A stretch of 64,000 nt of DNA from the human T2T-CHM13v2.0 reference genome, Homo sapiens, in assembly GCF_009914755.1 (NCBI RefSeq), contig NC_060930.1; one strand, 5' to 3'. Below are positions 30,331 through 44,182 of this stretch, one piece after another (the first letter of the stretch is position 1; every line of letters begins with the position of its first letter). A program made the position numbers and the translations under genes. The notes below the pieces were generated by a model that was given only the letters and a program-made list of their open reading frames with translations, had not been told where the DNA came from and did no database searches.

Positions 30331-32650
30331 ATTAGAGGAGGTTGGAGGCTCAGGCCAAACATGGAAAGGATTTCCTGGTTCTCAACACCCCCTGGATGCT
30401 GGAAATCATGTGCCTGATTTCTGACAACTCCCAGTGGAATCTTGTTTAGCGGACCTTCCCCCACCAGCACCCCAATTCTTTGACCATAGGCTCCTTGACT
30501 TGGTATCCTTCAGCACCTAGACTGACGCCTGGCTCAAAGCAGAGGCTCAGTAAATCTTCCCTGCATTTGCATATGAATGAATTGAATACTGGACACATAT
30601 GGGAAAATGAATTACTGCTTTAAGAAGACACTGCCTTCTTGCAGAAATGATGCTTTCTATCTAAAAAGAACCCTGAGGTTTCCCTTGCCCCACCTACTTG
30701 TACTGTAGTATTAGAGAGGTTTTACAAGTTGTTTAAGAATTCTTGAATATAATTTAACATTGAATAAAATGAGTTTTTTCCCCTCCCACTAATTATAATC
30801 ATACAAGCAGTGAACTAAACAGCTGGGGGTGAGAGAAATTCTGATGATGTTAAAAATGCAAATAGTTTTCACACCAGATTAATTCATTTAACTAAGAGTC
30901 CTGATCTTTAAATATTAAATGTTTGAGTGTGAAACGTTTTATTCACAGAGGAGATAGTCCACATGAATGAATCTGAAGCCCATTCCTCTATCAAGGGTGA
31001 TTTTAAAATAAACAGGATGCATATTGTTAGCTAGTTATTAACCAGCGAGTTGTAAATTCTTCAAAACAGTTCAGGGTGTAATTTACATGACTCAAGATGA
31101 GCAAGACTCAGGGTACTATGAAGCTGCTGTTTGAGGTTAGGAGAAGCGAGTCATGCAAGGACCTGAACGAATGTTTGTGTTATCTGTGTTTGACTAATAT
31201 TTGAATTAAATGTTTTATATTTAATCAAAGCAAGATTGAAATTCATTATTACTGCTGATACGCAGTACTAATTACAGGAAATAACCAGCCCTTCCAAGTT
31301 CAGTGCCAAATGCTGATAGTGTGGTAATCTATGCTCTGGGAGGAAATCGAAGGCCTCAGATCTGAAAGAGAATTTAGTCCAGTTTTTTATGTTTTAAACC
31401 CATGCTTCCTTTCGATTAAAAAAGATCCCTTGCCTTTATTTTCTTCAACCTCTCTTTAGTTTGTATTATTAAACTCGTAAGATTTTTTAAATACAGTGTA
31501 AGATTTTATTATAATGATAAATCTAATTTTCAAACCACACCTCTGCTCCATCCTGCCTTGCGTGATCCTAATTGGGAATCACTGGTCTAGACTAATCTGC
31601 CTCTTTAGAGATCAGAAAACTGAGGCTTTGTGTTATTAGATCCTGAGATTAATCTTGATCATAGAGCTGTTTTAATGAAAAGCAGGTGCATAGTTTAGAT
31701 TTCACCCCCATTTTTCTTATCTAAGTCCCAGAGGAGTTCAGAAATCTAAGTTCAGGATTTTTTCCCCCCAGATATTCAGGTCTATTTCACCTAACCCTGT
31801 GACACTGTAAACTACTGTGTTGGGTAGGTTGCCCCCAAGTGAGCTGGTATAACAGGTCTGCATTTGCCTCTGTATCTCAGGCCCTGTCCACGTGTTTTAT
31901 TTGTATAGCAGCAAACATCTGGCCCTGAATGATCATTCTGCTACACGTGGTGATCTCTGGAAGTAACAGCAAGTCTACATTAGAAGTATGTACCACATTC
32001 TTTTATCAAAAGGACTTGGCTTTAGCCGTATTATTTTACAGAGTAAAGAACAACTGGCATATTTTAAAAAATTAGGAAGGATAAGGGCAAATGTGATCGG
32101 CTGGTGGGAAACTGAAGTCACAGATTAAATTACGTTCTTGGCTAGAAAATTCACTAGGAGAATAGACCAGAACAAGTGCCAGCAGAACACAGCCCTAAGA
32201 TAATAAATAAAATTTATCTGATTCAAGAGGAAGATAAATCATGGGAGAAGCAAGAGTCTTGTTAATGTGCCTGGTTATAATTGCTTCTAGCTGGTAGAAA
32301 AGGATCCTTGAATCTTACATATTCAGCTAAACAAATGAGCTAGTTCCTTCCTGTAAACTACACTGAAACTGGCTTCCAGGGCCTCTGCATGGGAAGTTAG
32401 GGTTTAGATTGTAATAACAATCATTATTATAATAAACAGCCGTTATTTGAGGGGTTCTGGACACTGATCTCAACATCCTCACTAAAGGGTAAGATTAAAG
32501 AAAAGTAATTAGATATTTGCAAGCACTGTACATTTTTGTAAGTACTGATATAAGCATAATATATGATAAATATAAAAAATTATATATAAGCATGCATATA
32601 CACATTAGATAAAACGCAATTCTAAGCAAGATATAAATATTTTTAAAACT

Positions 32651-32967
32651 GGACTGGGCATGATGGTCATGCCTATAATCCCGGCACTTTGGGAGGCCCA
32701 GGCAGGTGGATCACCTGTGGCCAGGAGTTGGAGACCCGCCTGGCCAACATGGTAAAATCCTGTCTGTACTAAAAATACAAAAATTAGCCAGGCGTGGTGA
32801 CACGCGCCTGTAATCCCTGCTACTCAGGAGGCTGAGGCGTGAGAATCACTTGTACCTGGGAGGTGGAGGTTGCAGTGAGCCAAGATTGTGCCTCACTGCA
32901 AGTGAGCCAAAATTGTGCCCTCCAGGCTGGGCAACAGAGCTAGTCTGTCTCAAAAAAAAAAAAAAAA
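32651..32967 (+). mobile_element. AluS with internal duplication
   Basis: Full dimer with poly-A; TSD-like AAAACTG on both sides. Confidence 0.95.
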
Positions 32968-33282
32968 TTAAAAACTGAATGATATGTATTCAGTTAGAGG
33001 GTTCATTTTATTTTGATTAGGAACACTTGCCACAATTGTATATTTTTAGATAATCAAATTAAGGTGTCCCTTAATATGCTTGCCAAACACAAGCTGATCA
33101 TCCATACTGGCTTTGGGTAAATAGAGCTTGAGAGAGAGAACATAGAAACTTACTTAAAAGATAACTGGGGAGAAAATTCATCTAGGACTAAATGGGAGAA
33201 ATCCTTAGATATGTTTATATGTTTTTAAATTATGACTAGACTTGAGGAACCTGACTAAAGAATTGGAAACGGGAAGGGCCCC

Positions 33283-33632
33283 TGTATTAGTCTGTTCTCA
33301 TGCTGCTAAAAAAGACATACCTGAAACTGGGTAATTTATAAAGGAAAGAGGTTTAATGGACTCACATTTCCACATGGCTGAGGAAGCCTCACCATCATGG
33401 CGGAAGACAAAAGAAGAGCAAAGGGACATCTTACATGGTGGCAGGCAAGAGAGAAAGCATGTGCGGGGAAAAACCATTAGATCTTGTGAGACTTATTCAC
33501 TGTCATAAGAACAGCATGGGAAAGACCCGCCCCCATGATTCAGTTACCTCCCACAGGGTACCTCCTAGGACATGTGGGAATTATGGGAGCTATAATTCAA
33601 GATTTGGGTGGGGACACAGCCTAACTATATCA
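33283..33632 (-). mobile_element. THE1 (THE1B/C-like) solo LTR
   Basis: TGTATTAGTCTGTTCTCATGCTGCTAA...GGGTGGGGACACAGCCTAACTATATCA, 350 bp. Confidence 0.93.
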
Positions 33633-34110
33633 GACTCCCCCAGGTAAAATTCAGTATGCAAAATTTTGAAACTCTAGATGAGAGGCAATAAAACATTTGG
33701 GAGGTTGAACATTTGAGCAAGCTCAGAATAATAGATAAGGGGTGACATATGTTTGAACTGATTTACAGAGGAGAAACACTAGATACATTTGGTGATAAAA
33801 GATTTTCTACAGAGTTAGGGATAAAGCATCCTAATAAAAATTATGGTGTGTGAAGGTTATTGCTTAATACAAATAATTTGGGAAGCTAGAGAATTTAGGA
33901 GTTCATGTACAAGTGACAGGGAAAAATTCACCATTTTGTGGTCAGATGATTACTATTTAATATCACAAGTTCAGTTGGGTGCAAGCTCTCTTGCTGTGAA
34001 TTTTACTGAGTGCTCCTAATACTGTTCCATTAAGTGGCCTTGTTAATAATGGACCAGTGGAGCTGCTGGCCTCTGATATTTTAAGGATTAGAAACAGTGT
34101 TTAGTCTATT

Positions 34111-34116
<6 letters not shown>

Positions 34117-34141
<25 letters not shown>

Positions 34142-34155
34142 CTGTCTGTCTGCCT
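34117..34155. repeat. (TG)n-(TCTG)n compound microsatellite
   Basis: Direct reading. Confidence 0.9.
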
Positions 34156-34284
34156 GTTTCCCAGAAAGCTTACATACAAATCTTTTCTATCTTGAATTGT
34201 ATTTGATAACTAGGCCTTAAGGAGCCTGTTCTCTTGGGCCAAATGTCCAGAAATTGAAGGTGGGGAACTCAGGAAGGACCTTAA

Positions 34285-34696
<412 letters not shown>

Positions 34697-35189
34697 TAAT
34701 CTTAGACTTGATTTTGACGGTCTGCATTTCATTTGGTCCCTATTGTTTGCAGAGCCCAAACGGTATCTTACCATTAAGTAGTTTGATAATGAAACACATT
34801 TCCACACACGAGAACTTTTATCATGCAAAACCTCAGAGAATGGAAGACCCTGGTTTACATATTGCCAGGTTGTTCTGACTTTGCTGTATTTGTTTTATTT
34901 GGGAGAAGTGGGTGGGCAAGATATTTGAGCTACAAAGTCCAAATCACAATCTCCTTTCTCTATGCTAGAGATGGCCAAAAATATCCAAGACAATGTTTTG
35001 AGTGGTACAATTTAGAGATATTGTGGAAGAGTAAGTACATTCCATGTGAGCACTCCTGTCTTTATCATGATGAGGTTGAAGTAGGAAGCATCCATGGGCA
35101 GTGCTGGTGTAAAAAGATGTAAAAAAATTTCCTTTGAAAATCTAGTATCTAGAAACACACCTATTTATACTTGGAAATTCTACATTATT

Positions 35190-35497
<308 letters not shown>

Positions 35498-37356
35498 ATT
35501 ATTTTAAACCCTTTAGTTGAAACACCTTAGTTTTAATATTTTACAAGAGGAATCATAAGATAGGAGAAGATGTGGCCTACAAAAAGAGGCATACAGGCGC
35601 CCTCAACATTTAATTTTCTAGAAAAAAAAATCCCTACTTGTAATTATTGTCCAAACCCTTCTCATTGTATTAGGCACAACTCTATTAAATTATGTTCTTC
35701 ACTCATCATCTCTCTAATGAAAAAATTACATTTAAATACACATGTCAAATAGAAACTGATGCAAAATAGATTGAACTACTCTAGTAATCCCGGAAGAGAA
35801 ATTTAAATTCTATAGTTAATTTGTAGTTAATTACAAATTATATTTCTGATGCAAATCAGAAAAAAAAAGGGCTGTGACAGGTAGTGGGGGTGTGGAGTGG
35901 GAAAGATTGGAAGAAGAATATATTGTTTTCCTGTGTGATGATGGCCTTGGAAGAAAGATAACCAGATCCCTTTAAGGTTGACAAAAATAAGGATGGAAAT
36001 ACATGAGGTCCATTCTTTCAAAGGGTAGCTAACAAAGAGGAAAGGGAGCCTGTGTTTTTTAAAAAATACAAGATGAAATGGAAATGTGCAGTGGTGCCAA
36101 AAGCACTGGTTGAAGCTTTTCTGTTCCTCCTTGGGGATTAGCTGAGTGAGCTCAGGCCATCTCCCCGAATCATGTTACCAGTCTGGTTGAGATAGCACAT
36201 CCGTTAAACTCGAACTTGTCATCCCCAGGGGGCATCTGGTATGAAACGCCACATTTTGTCACCAGTAACTATGGCTGTTGGCACTGAGAAAGTGAGCTGG
36301 GAACTGTGAGCAGTGATTTAGGAGAAGAAGATTGGAACACTTGTGCATAAAAGATGTTAGAATTCTCCCCACTAGACCAGTAAGGTAGAGGCGAACCTTG
36401 TAAGACAGTAAGAAAACTGGAGAAGGAATAGATTTTGTTGCTGTCTAATGAAATATATTTTAATATTCTGAGTGTCCTTCTCATTTTTCTTCTCCTGTAT
36501 AAAAACCATTCCCTTGGAAAGTTAATATTATATGTATTGTCTGAGTAGAGGATATGTGCTTTCCATGAGTGCCTAGAACTAATGTAGATATCTATAAAGT
36601 TAACTATATACTTTATAGTGTCAGATTTATAAATCTCCAAGAATAACCATCAACTCCTTGCTTTGATATTATAAAAAGAATAATTTCCTAAAATTTTAAA
36701 ACGAATAATTTTCCTAGAATAATTTATTGATGCATCTATCCATTTAAATATTCATTTTATGCTATCATATTATTTTTAGATTATTGTTTTTTTAAGATAC
36801 AAAAGAAACTTCAGATTTCTGCCGTGTTTCTGAAAGATTAAAGCAAAATTCCATTAAGAAATAGTAGGAGAATTCTACTGTATCCTCTCATGTGTTACCA
36901 GCATTTTGCATTCCAAATAGAAAACATGCCAAGGTGCATTGTGTATTAATCAATCAAAATGCAAAAGTAACAGCAAAATTCACCATAACAACTGAGAATA
37001 TTCCTTAGGGGAGCTTTTGTTGAATTGCCTAGGTTTTGACATAGAGTAACCCAGCTGTCCAGCTATTGATTTGGGCATAATTATCTGCTGCTTAGTAATT
37101 ATTTACATATGCATTGGAATTGTGTCATTGGGCTCTTCAGTGGGATTAGGAGAAATGGTTAAAATATATTACTGTTTGAGGACAACACTATAGTTTCCAA
37201 CAATAAGGATCCATTGTTAGGCCTTTTAGTGGGTTGAAGTTTTCCACTGGATATAATCCCATCCAGAGAAACCAGAAAGATGATTTTTGTATGTTTGTTT
37301 CTATATTTATTTTTTAACAATCCATAATTATGTATCATATTCCTTTACATACCTGA

Positions 37357-37830
<474 letters not shown>

Positions 37831-37867
37831 ATGACAAGTCTTTATGAAGGAAAGAGGAAAAACAGTA

Positions 37868-38075
37868 TAGTTGACTTTTGTACAACACAGGTTTGAACTG
37901 TGAGAGTCCACTTATTCTAAACATGGATTGAAAATACAGAATTCTTGGGGATGTGAAGCCTGACTTTTCTGGTACTTGGCTCTACAGGGCTAACTGCAGG
38001 ACTTGAGTATGCGTGGATTTTGCTATATGCAGGGAGTCTTGCAACCCATCTCCTGTGTATACCAAGGTGTGGCTG
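37868..38075. mobile_element. MER8 (Tigger2-family MITE)
   Basis: TAGTTGACTTTTGTACAACACAGGTTTGAACTG...GGACTTGAGTATGCGTGGATTTTG...GGCTG, TA flanks. Confidence 0.82.
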
Positions 38076-39348
38076 TATTTAAATTCATTGTCCCTAAAAT
38101 AGAAGCTAAAATTAATGTTTCTCTAATTAATTCACTCATTGGGACAATGCTGAAAAATGGCCTTCCTCTGGTTCCCCATAAATCGTCTGCATAAATCCAT
38201 GGGGAGACTGATATTTTGGGCCCACACTATTTATGACTGAGGTTGAGATATGTGATCAATTAGCTTTTAATTTTGTCCAAATTAACTTACGGTGTAAATA
38301 CAGACTAACACTTGGTTATGTACAAATGCCAATTAAAGGCAACTTCTGCCAGAAAGTTGTTGGCTAATGATGTATTTTTTGAGGAACAGAAGTTTTAGTC
38401 ATTAGAGAGGTGCTGTTGTTCACATCCTTATCATGCTTAGAAGGAACATTTTCCAGTGTTTATATATTGGTAAGAATATTGTGGACTTCTTGACTTGCTC
38501 TTCAGTGACTGAGAAGCTTAGCAAGATGTCTCTTCAGCTAATTTTTATGTTTTAATATAGAACCAAACTTTCAGAAGAGTTGATGCTAGACTGATTTTTT
38601 ATGACTTAAGTAATTAAAATTTTTTGTGAATACACCATTTTGTTCAGAAGCATGTTTACAGAGTTTGTAATAGTAATATGTTGCTGACAGTGAAGGTGAA
38701 CAAAATGTTGAAAGGCTGCAATGGTGTTAAAGTAATGAATTAATGAAAAACTGAGTGGTTCTCTGAGGCTCCTGAAACCCTTCCCACAGGAAGAGAGATG
38801 AAGATTTCCTTCAGACCAGCCTGATCTAAATAGGAAACACCCTCAACTTCCTCCCAGCCCTGCTTATCTCTTTGCTTGTGTTTAATGTAAAATTTTCATT
38901 ATTTAGTTACTAGAGACATTCATTCAGAGTTTAGCATCTGTCCTTTGAACTTGTTTGCATTGGTGTGGTCTGTCATTAATTGAAAGCTCCTAGATTGCAG
39001 GGTCAAGTTTTCTTACATTCTGTGACTAAGATGCTTATTACCACCCCATACTAAACAGATACCGAAGAAAAGCATTCAGTGTGCTTTTGTTTACCTTTCT
39101 CCTTGCCTCTGGTGGAAAAGTATTTTTCTGGATTGCTTCATCAGTAATACCACTGATGAGGCTGGGGATGAGGGGGTTGAGATATGATATGGGGTGGGGT
39201 TAAGGTTAGGGAGCAATTTAGGGTGGGGAGTAGGAGCTCTTTGCAATCAAAAAGATCCAGAATATTCACTTCACAACTTACCATCTTTCTGGCCTCCGAC
39301 TTTCCAAACCCAAATTTCCTCACCTGTAAGGTGAGGCTATTATACCTG

Positions 39349-39770
39349 TGTTATGGGCTGAATTGTGCCAGATCTCCTTTCCCAAATTCATACATTGAAA
39401 TCCTAACCCCAGAACCTCAGAATGTGACTGTATTTGCAGATATGGTCTTTATGGAGGGTACTTAAGTTAAAATCAGGTCAGCCAGGTGGGCCCTAATACA
39501 ATATGACTCATGTCCTCAGAAGAAGAGGACATTTAGACACAAACATAGACAGAAGGAAGACATCATAAAGATACAGGAAAAAGACGGCCATCCGCGAGCC
39601 AAGGAGTGAGGCCTGGAGCTGTTCCTTCCCTCACAACCCTCAGAAGGGACCAACCCTGTTGACACCTTGATTCTGTACTTCCAGCCTCTCCTTTCACTAT
39701 GAGAAATCTCTGTTGTTTAAGCCACCCAGTCTGTGGTACTGTGTTATGGCAGCCCTTGCAAATGAATACA
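39349..39770 (+). mobile_element. MLT1B/C MaLR LTR inserted in a MIR
   Basis: TGTTATGGGCTGAATTGTG...TGTTGTTTAAGCCACCCAGTCTGTGGTACTGTGTTATGGCAGCC...AATACA. Confidence 0.9.
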
Positions 39771-41109
39771 ACTTACCTTACACTCCAGTTGTAAATAGAT
39801 CAGACACTGTGAAGAGCTTATGGTGCATAAAGACACTCAGCAAATGGGAGCTTGATAAAATGATCAGAGCTAGAGAAGGGAACAGAAGTGGAAATATTTC
39901 TAGAAATATATTTGAATCCTTAAAGCCTGGGTAGATGTGGAAGTTAGGTTTGGAAGGAAATTCAGGTAAGTTTCTTTTTATTTAAATTAGGCCCCCTGCA
40001 AACATAAGAGCATTTATGGATCGACTGTATCCAATTGTGTTTTTCTTTGTGGTTGTCTTTTGGGGATGATAAATGAGCCCAAATAATAACAAATGAGCCT
40101 CACAGAAGGATTTATGATTTTGAACCATAGGGTTCAGATGGTGTCTGCAAGTTGAATGCTTGGTAAAAATATGTAAGCAGTGGTGTCCCAGTCTGTCTGG
40201 TTTTGTTGGATTGGTTTCGCACTTCATTGCTTTCTGGCAAAGAAATAGTGCAAGCCCAAATAATTTTAAAAATTGCCAGTGTTAAAATGTTGCCTCCTGC
40301 TATTCACTCATACTCCTCTCTGAATAATCAGCGGTGGCTGTATTTATGTGGATCTAGGGAACATTTTTTTAAATATCAGCTTTACATGCCAAGTTACCCT
40401 TTTTAACTTAAAGAAAGTTCTTTTATTTGCAAGCTATTCTTCAAGATAAATAAGTATTATTTTCCTATTTTGTACCTTTGAAGAATAATTCTTTCTAATT
40501 TGAAGTTTGGTAAAATTATAATTTTGAGTAATTTCTTAGGTGCCTGGATTTCTTATAAAAATGTCAGGATTGGCAAATCTCTTAAGATATTAGGATTCTC
40601 TAACTACTCTGCCCTTCAGCTACTTTGATGCAACATGTTTTGTTAAACACTAATAGTTCTTCCGAAGTCATAGCAGCAGTTAGGGAAGGTCATGTAGGTG
40701 GGGGAGTTTTATTTTGTGAACTATTCTCCCTCTCCACACAAACATAAAATTAAACCATAATCAAATTGATTCTTTAGAAGGCTAATCAGGGTTTTGTTTT
40801 GCTTTGGTTTGGTTTTAAGATAATTCTGTAAAGAGTGCTCTCCTGGCACAGAAAGAAGACATTGGTCACCACCCAGAGAGGTGACTCCACAGCAGTCATT
40901 AGCTGGACCTAACTGTAGCTTAAATACCATGAGTCACAAAGGAAATACACAAGTGATAACAGCAGGTATTCACTCGTGCTTATAAACTGTTAACACCCAG
41001 CACAGTGGAAAAAGTGATAAGCTTATTTGATTAGCTCAAAAGTTCTCAGAAGTTCCTGAGGCTGTTCTCAGTTCCAAGAGGAGATAATAAAAATTCTAAC
41101 TACTCCCCT

Positions 41110-42250
41110 TCTGGTACCCATCATCTTTTCTCTGGAGGACTTCAAAGGCTTCATTTGTGGCCTCGCTATCTTAACTGCTATACCTCCTCCACCATACTTC
41201 TAAAGCACAATTGTGTCTTGCCGCTTCTGCCTAAAACTGTGCAGTCACCCCTGATTACCCTCCATATAAAGTTTCAATCCCTCAGTGAGGTCTACAAAGT
41301 GCTTTACGATCAGGCCTCTGTCTACCTCCAAATTCATTTCCTGCAACTACCTTTTTGTGCCTGTTGTCAGTCAGTCAGAAATACCTGCAGTTGCAGGCTT
41401 TCTCATGCCTCCGGGCCTTTGCATGTGATGTTCCTGTTGTGAACAAGCTCTCTGACATCTAGATTTCTTGATCTAGCCACCTACTGCTCTCCATCAGCTC
41501 AATCTAGACTTTCCCTGCTATGAGACTGGGTTGAATGTTACTTCCATGTGCTCCTCCTACCCACCCCGTATGTATTACTGTATTGAAAGTACAGTTACCC
41601 CGCCCTTATTCTTGGGCTCACTCTCTGAGGTTTTAGTTGCCTATGGTTAACTGTGGTCCAAAAATATTCAATGGAAAATTTTGGAAATAAATAGTTCATA
41701 AGTTTTCAATTGCATGCCATTTTGAGAAATGTGGTGAAATCTAACCCTGTCTGGCCCCATCTCACCCAAGATGTGAATCGTGCCTTTGTCCAGCATGGCC
41801 ACACTGTAGACACTCCCTGCTTGTTAGTTACTTGGTGGCCCACTCCGTTACGGTTATCAGATTGACTGTGGCAGCATCACAGTGCTGGTGCCCAAAGAAC
41901 CCTTATTTTGTTTAATAATGGCCCCAAAGTGCAGGAGTAATGATGCTGGCATATTGCTATAATTGTTAGTTGTTCTATTTTATCATTGTTAACCTCTTGC
42001 TGTGCCTAAATTATTAATTAAACTTTATCATAGGTATGTTTTATATAGGAAAAGACAGTATATATGGGGTTCAGTACTCTCCATGGTTTCAGACATCCAC
42101 TGGGGGTCTTGGAATGTATCCCCCCCTGGATAAGGGGGACTACTATACTTGTTACTTGTCTCCTGCACCGGATAGTAAGTACTTTGAAGGGAGAAACAGT
42201 GTCTTGTGCCTGTTATATATACACTACCTAGCTAGTGTCAAATTATAAAA
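41110..42250 (+). mobile_element. L2 relic interrupted by MER44
   Basis: L2-like CATGCCTCCGGGCCTTTGCATGTG and TAGTAAGTACTTTGAAGGGAGAAACAGTGTC. Confidence 0.6.
41592..42145. mobile_element. MER44 (Tigger7-family, MER44B-size)
   Basis: TIRs CAGTTACCCCGCCCTTATTC ... GGATAAGGGGGACTACTA, TA flanks. Confidence 0.87.
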
Positions 42251-42263
42251 GAATATGTGTGAT

Positions 42264-42390
42264 GAAGGAAGGAAAGAAGGTGGGGAGGAGGGAGGGAGGG
42301 AAGGAAAATAAAGGAAGGAAGGAAATAAGGAAGGAGGGAAGGAAAATGAAAGAAGGAAGGAAAAGAAGGAAGGAAGGAAGGGAAGGAAGG
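42264..42390. repeat. (GGAA)n-like purine-rich repeat
   Basis: Direct reading. Confidence 0.9.
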
Positions 42391-42484
42391 GGGCAATGGA
42401 AAGTATCAGAAGTGGGAGGGTGTTGTAGAGAGAAGGAATTGGTATTAATGGAGAACTTATTATTTATCCTACCAGTCTCTTTCA

Positions 42485-42650
42485 TTAAATCTTCATGACA
42501 GCTCTTTGAAGCAGGAATTATTATCTCTAATTACAGATGAGGAAAGTGGGCCTCGGAGAGTTCAGCCCATTGTCAGGGGTTTCACAGCTCGTAGGTTGTG
42601 GGACTGGGATTTGAATGCAGATCTGCCTGATCCCCCAACCTGACCCTGTG
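42485..42650 (-). mobile_element. MIR
   Basis: TTACAGATGAGGAAAGTGGGCCTCGGAGAG...CTGGGATTTGAATGCAG. Confidence 0.75.
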
Positions 42651-43790
42651 CTCCCTGTCCCATTTCTAGCCATATCATGGGACAGATAAAGATGTCATAT
42701 AATCACCTGGTGTATTCACCACAGTCTTGATCAAGCCAGGCCGCTCTAATTCTCAGCTGCTTCTCATTAGCCAAGATTCCTGCACTTTAGGCTGAAATAG
42801 AAAGAAGCTCAAAACAAACCCACTGGCCTATTTTTGTTAATCACTATAAACGGTGGCTGTAGCAGAGCTGATTCATTTAATTGAGGATGTAGAAAATATT
42901 GCAGAGAGTAAAGAAAAGGCTAGGAATGCCAAATTAAATTTCTTGGAAAATAGTGGTTTGCATTCTTCAAAGGGGTCATTGCTGAATTTGTAATCAGATT
43001 GTAATGAATTTCAGCCGAAGTATTAAGTTTGTGGTATCCAGAAACCGGGAAATATGTTTGTGTTGTGAGTTCCTTACATCATGGAGTGTCATGTGCGTAA
43101 GTACACTTAATTAGATACTCTGATGACATTAGTAACAGTGTCAAATGTCATGAATGGCTAATTGCTTGCCAATCGAAAGCCCTATTTACATAAACACCAG
43201 GGGCCCACTCAGAGGTCTGCACCAACCATCTTTTAAGCTAAGATGTATCTTCAGTACCTTGGGACAAAGAAATGAGCATTTTCTTACAGAAATCCAAGAG
43301 ACATTACAGGGGAGATAAAGAAATTTTTGAAGAAAATGTCTCTCGTCTGATCAGTTAGAGATTGGAAACTATAAGAATTTTTAAAAATAATAGTTATTAA
43401 AATGCATAATATTTTGTGGCCTTTATAGCTAGCTAAAGCACAATACTATCTTCTATATTTTATATTTTCTAAGTGTACTTTGATTCTGCATGTAAAGTTT
43501 CAGCCAAGCAACTCAATTATATTTTGAAAGCCATTCTGGAGTTTTAGCTTTACAAAGTTAACCTCCCACTTCTGTGCCACCACTCACACATACTAGCATC
43601 AAATGGATATAGAAAAACAACAATTTATTTTTTTCCAGGAATATTATTTGTGTTCTAGACTTTTAAAACAGACATGGATGTTAAAATTGTCATCCAGTTT
43701 TCCTCATTTTACAGATGAGAAATTAATCCCCAGAGACTTACAGTAATTCACTTAAAGTCACCTAGCTCCATGTTTTTTCCGCTCCACTCA

Positions 43791-44182
43791 TGTTATGGGC
43801 TGAATGTTTGCTTCTCCCTCTTCCCTAAATTCATGTGTTGAAGGCCTAACCCTCAATGTTCTTGTATTTGGAGGTGGGGCCTTTGGGAGACAAATAAGTT
43901 GAGATAGCATCTTGAGGGTGGCACTCTTTTGATGGGATTAGTGCCCTTTTAAGAACAGAAAGGGAGGGACATCTCCCTCTGCAGAAGCATGTGCCATGGA
44001 AAGGCTATGGGAGCACACAATGAAAAGGCAAGGTGGCTGTCTACAAACCAAGAAGTGGGCCCTTACCAGACACCAAATCTGCTGGCTTAGACTTCCCAGC
44101 CTCTGGAACTATAAAAAAAAAAAAAAGTCTGTTGTTTAAGCCACCAAGTCTATGATATTTTGTTATAGCAGACTAAAATAAT
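43791..44182 (+). mobile_element. MLT1A-like MaLR LTR
   Basis: TGTTATGGGCTGAATGTTTG...GACTTCCCAGCCTCTGGAACT...TGTTGTTTAAGCCACCAAGTCTATGATATTTTGTTATAGCAG. Confidence 0.88.

Noticed and set aside
36269-36640. 123-aa minus-strand ORF
   Set aside because: Non-ATG start, AT-rich low-information peptide, no motifs; consistent with chance
39955-39971. Perfect donor CAG|GTAAGT
   Set aside because: No convincing upstream acceptor or pyrimidine tract, so no exon can be defined
42235-42498. Lys/Glu/Gly/Arg-rich ORF and its antisense Phe/Leu/Pro/Ser-rich ORF
   Set aside because: Translation of the (GGAA)n repeat
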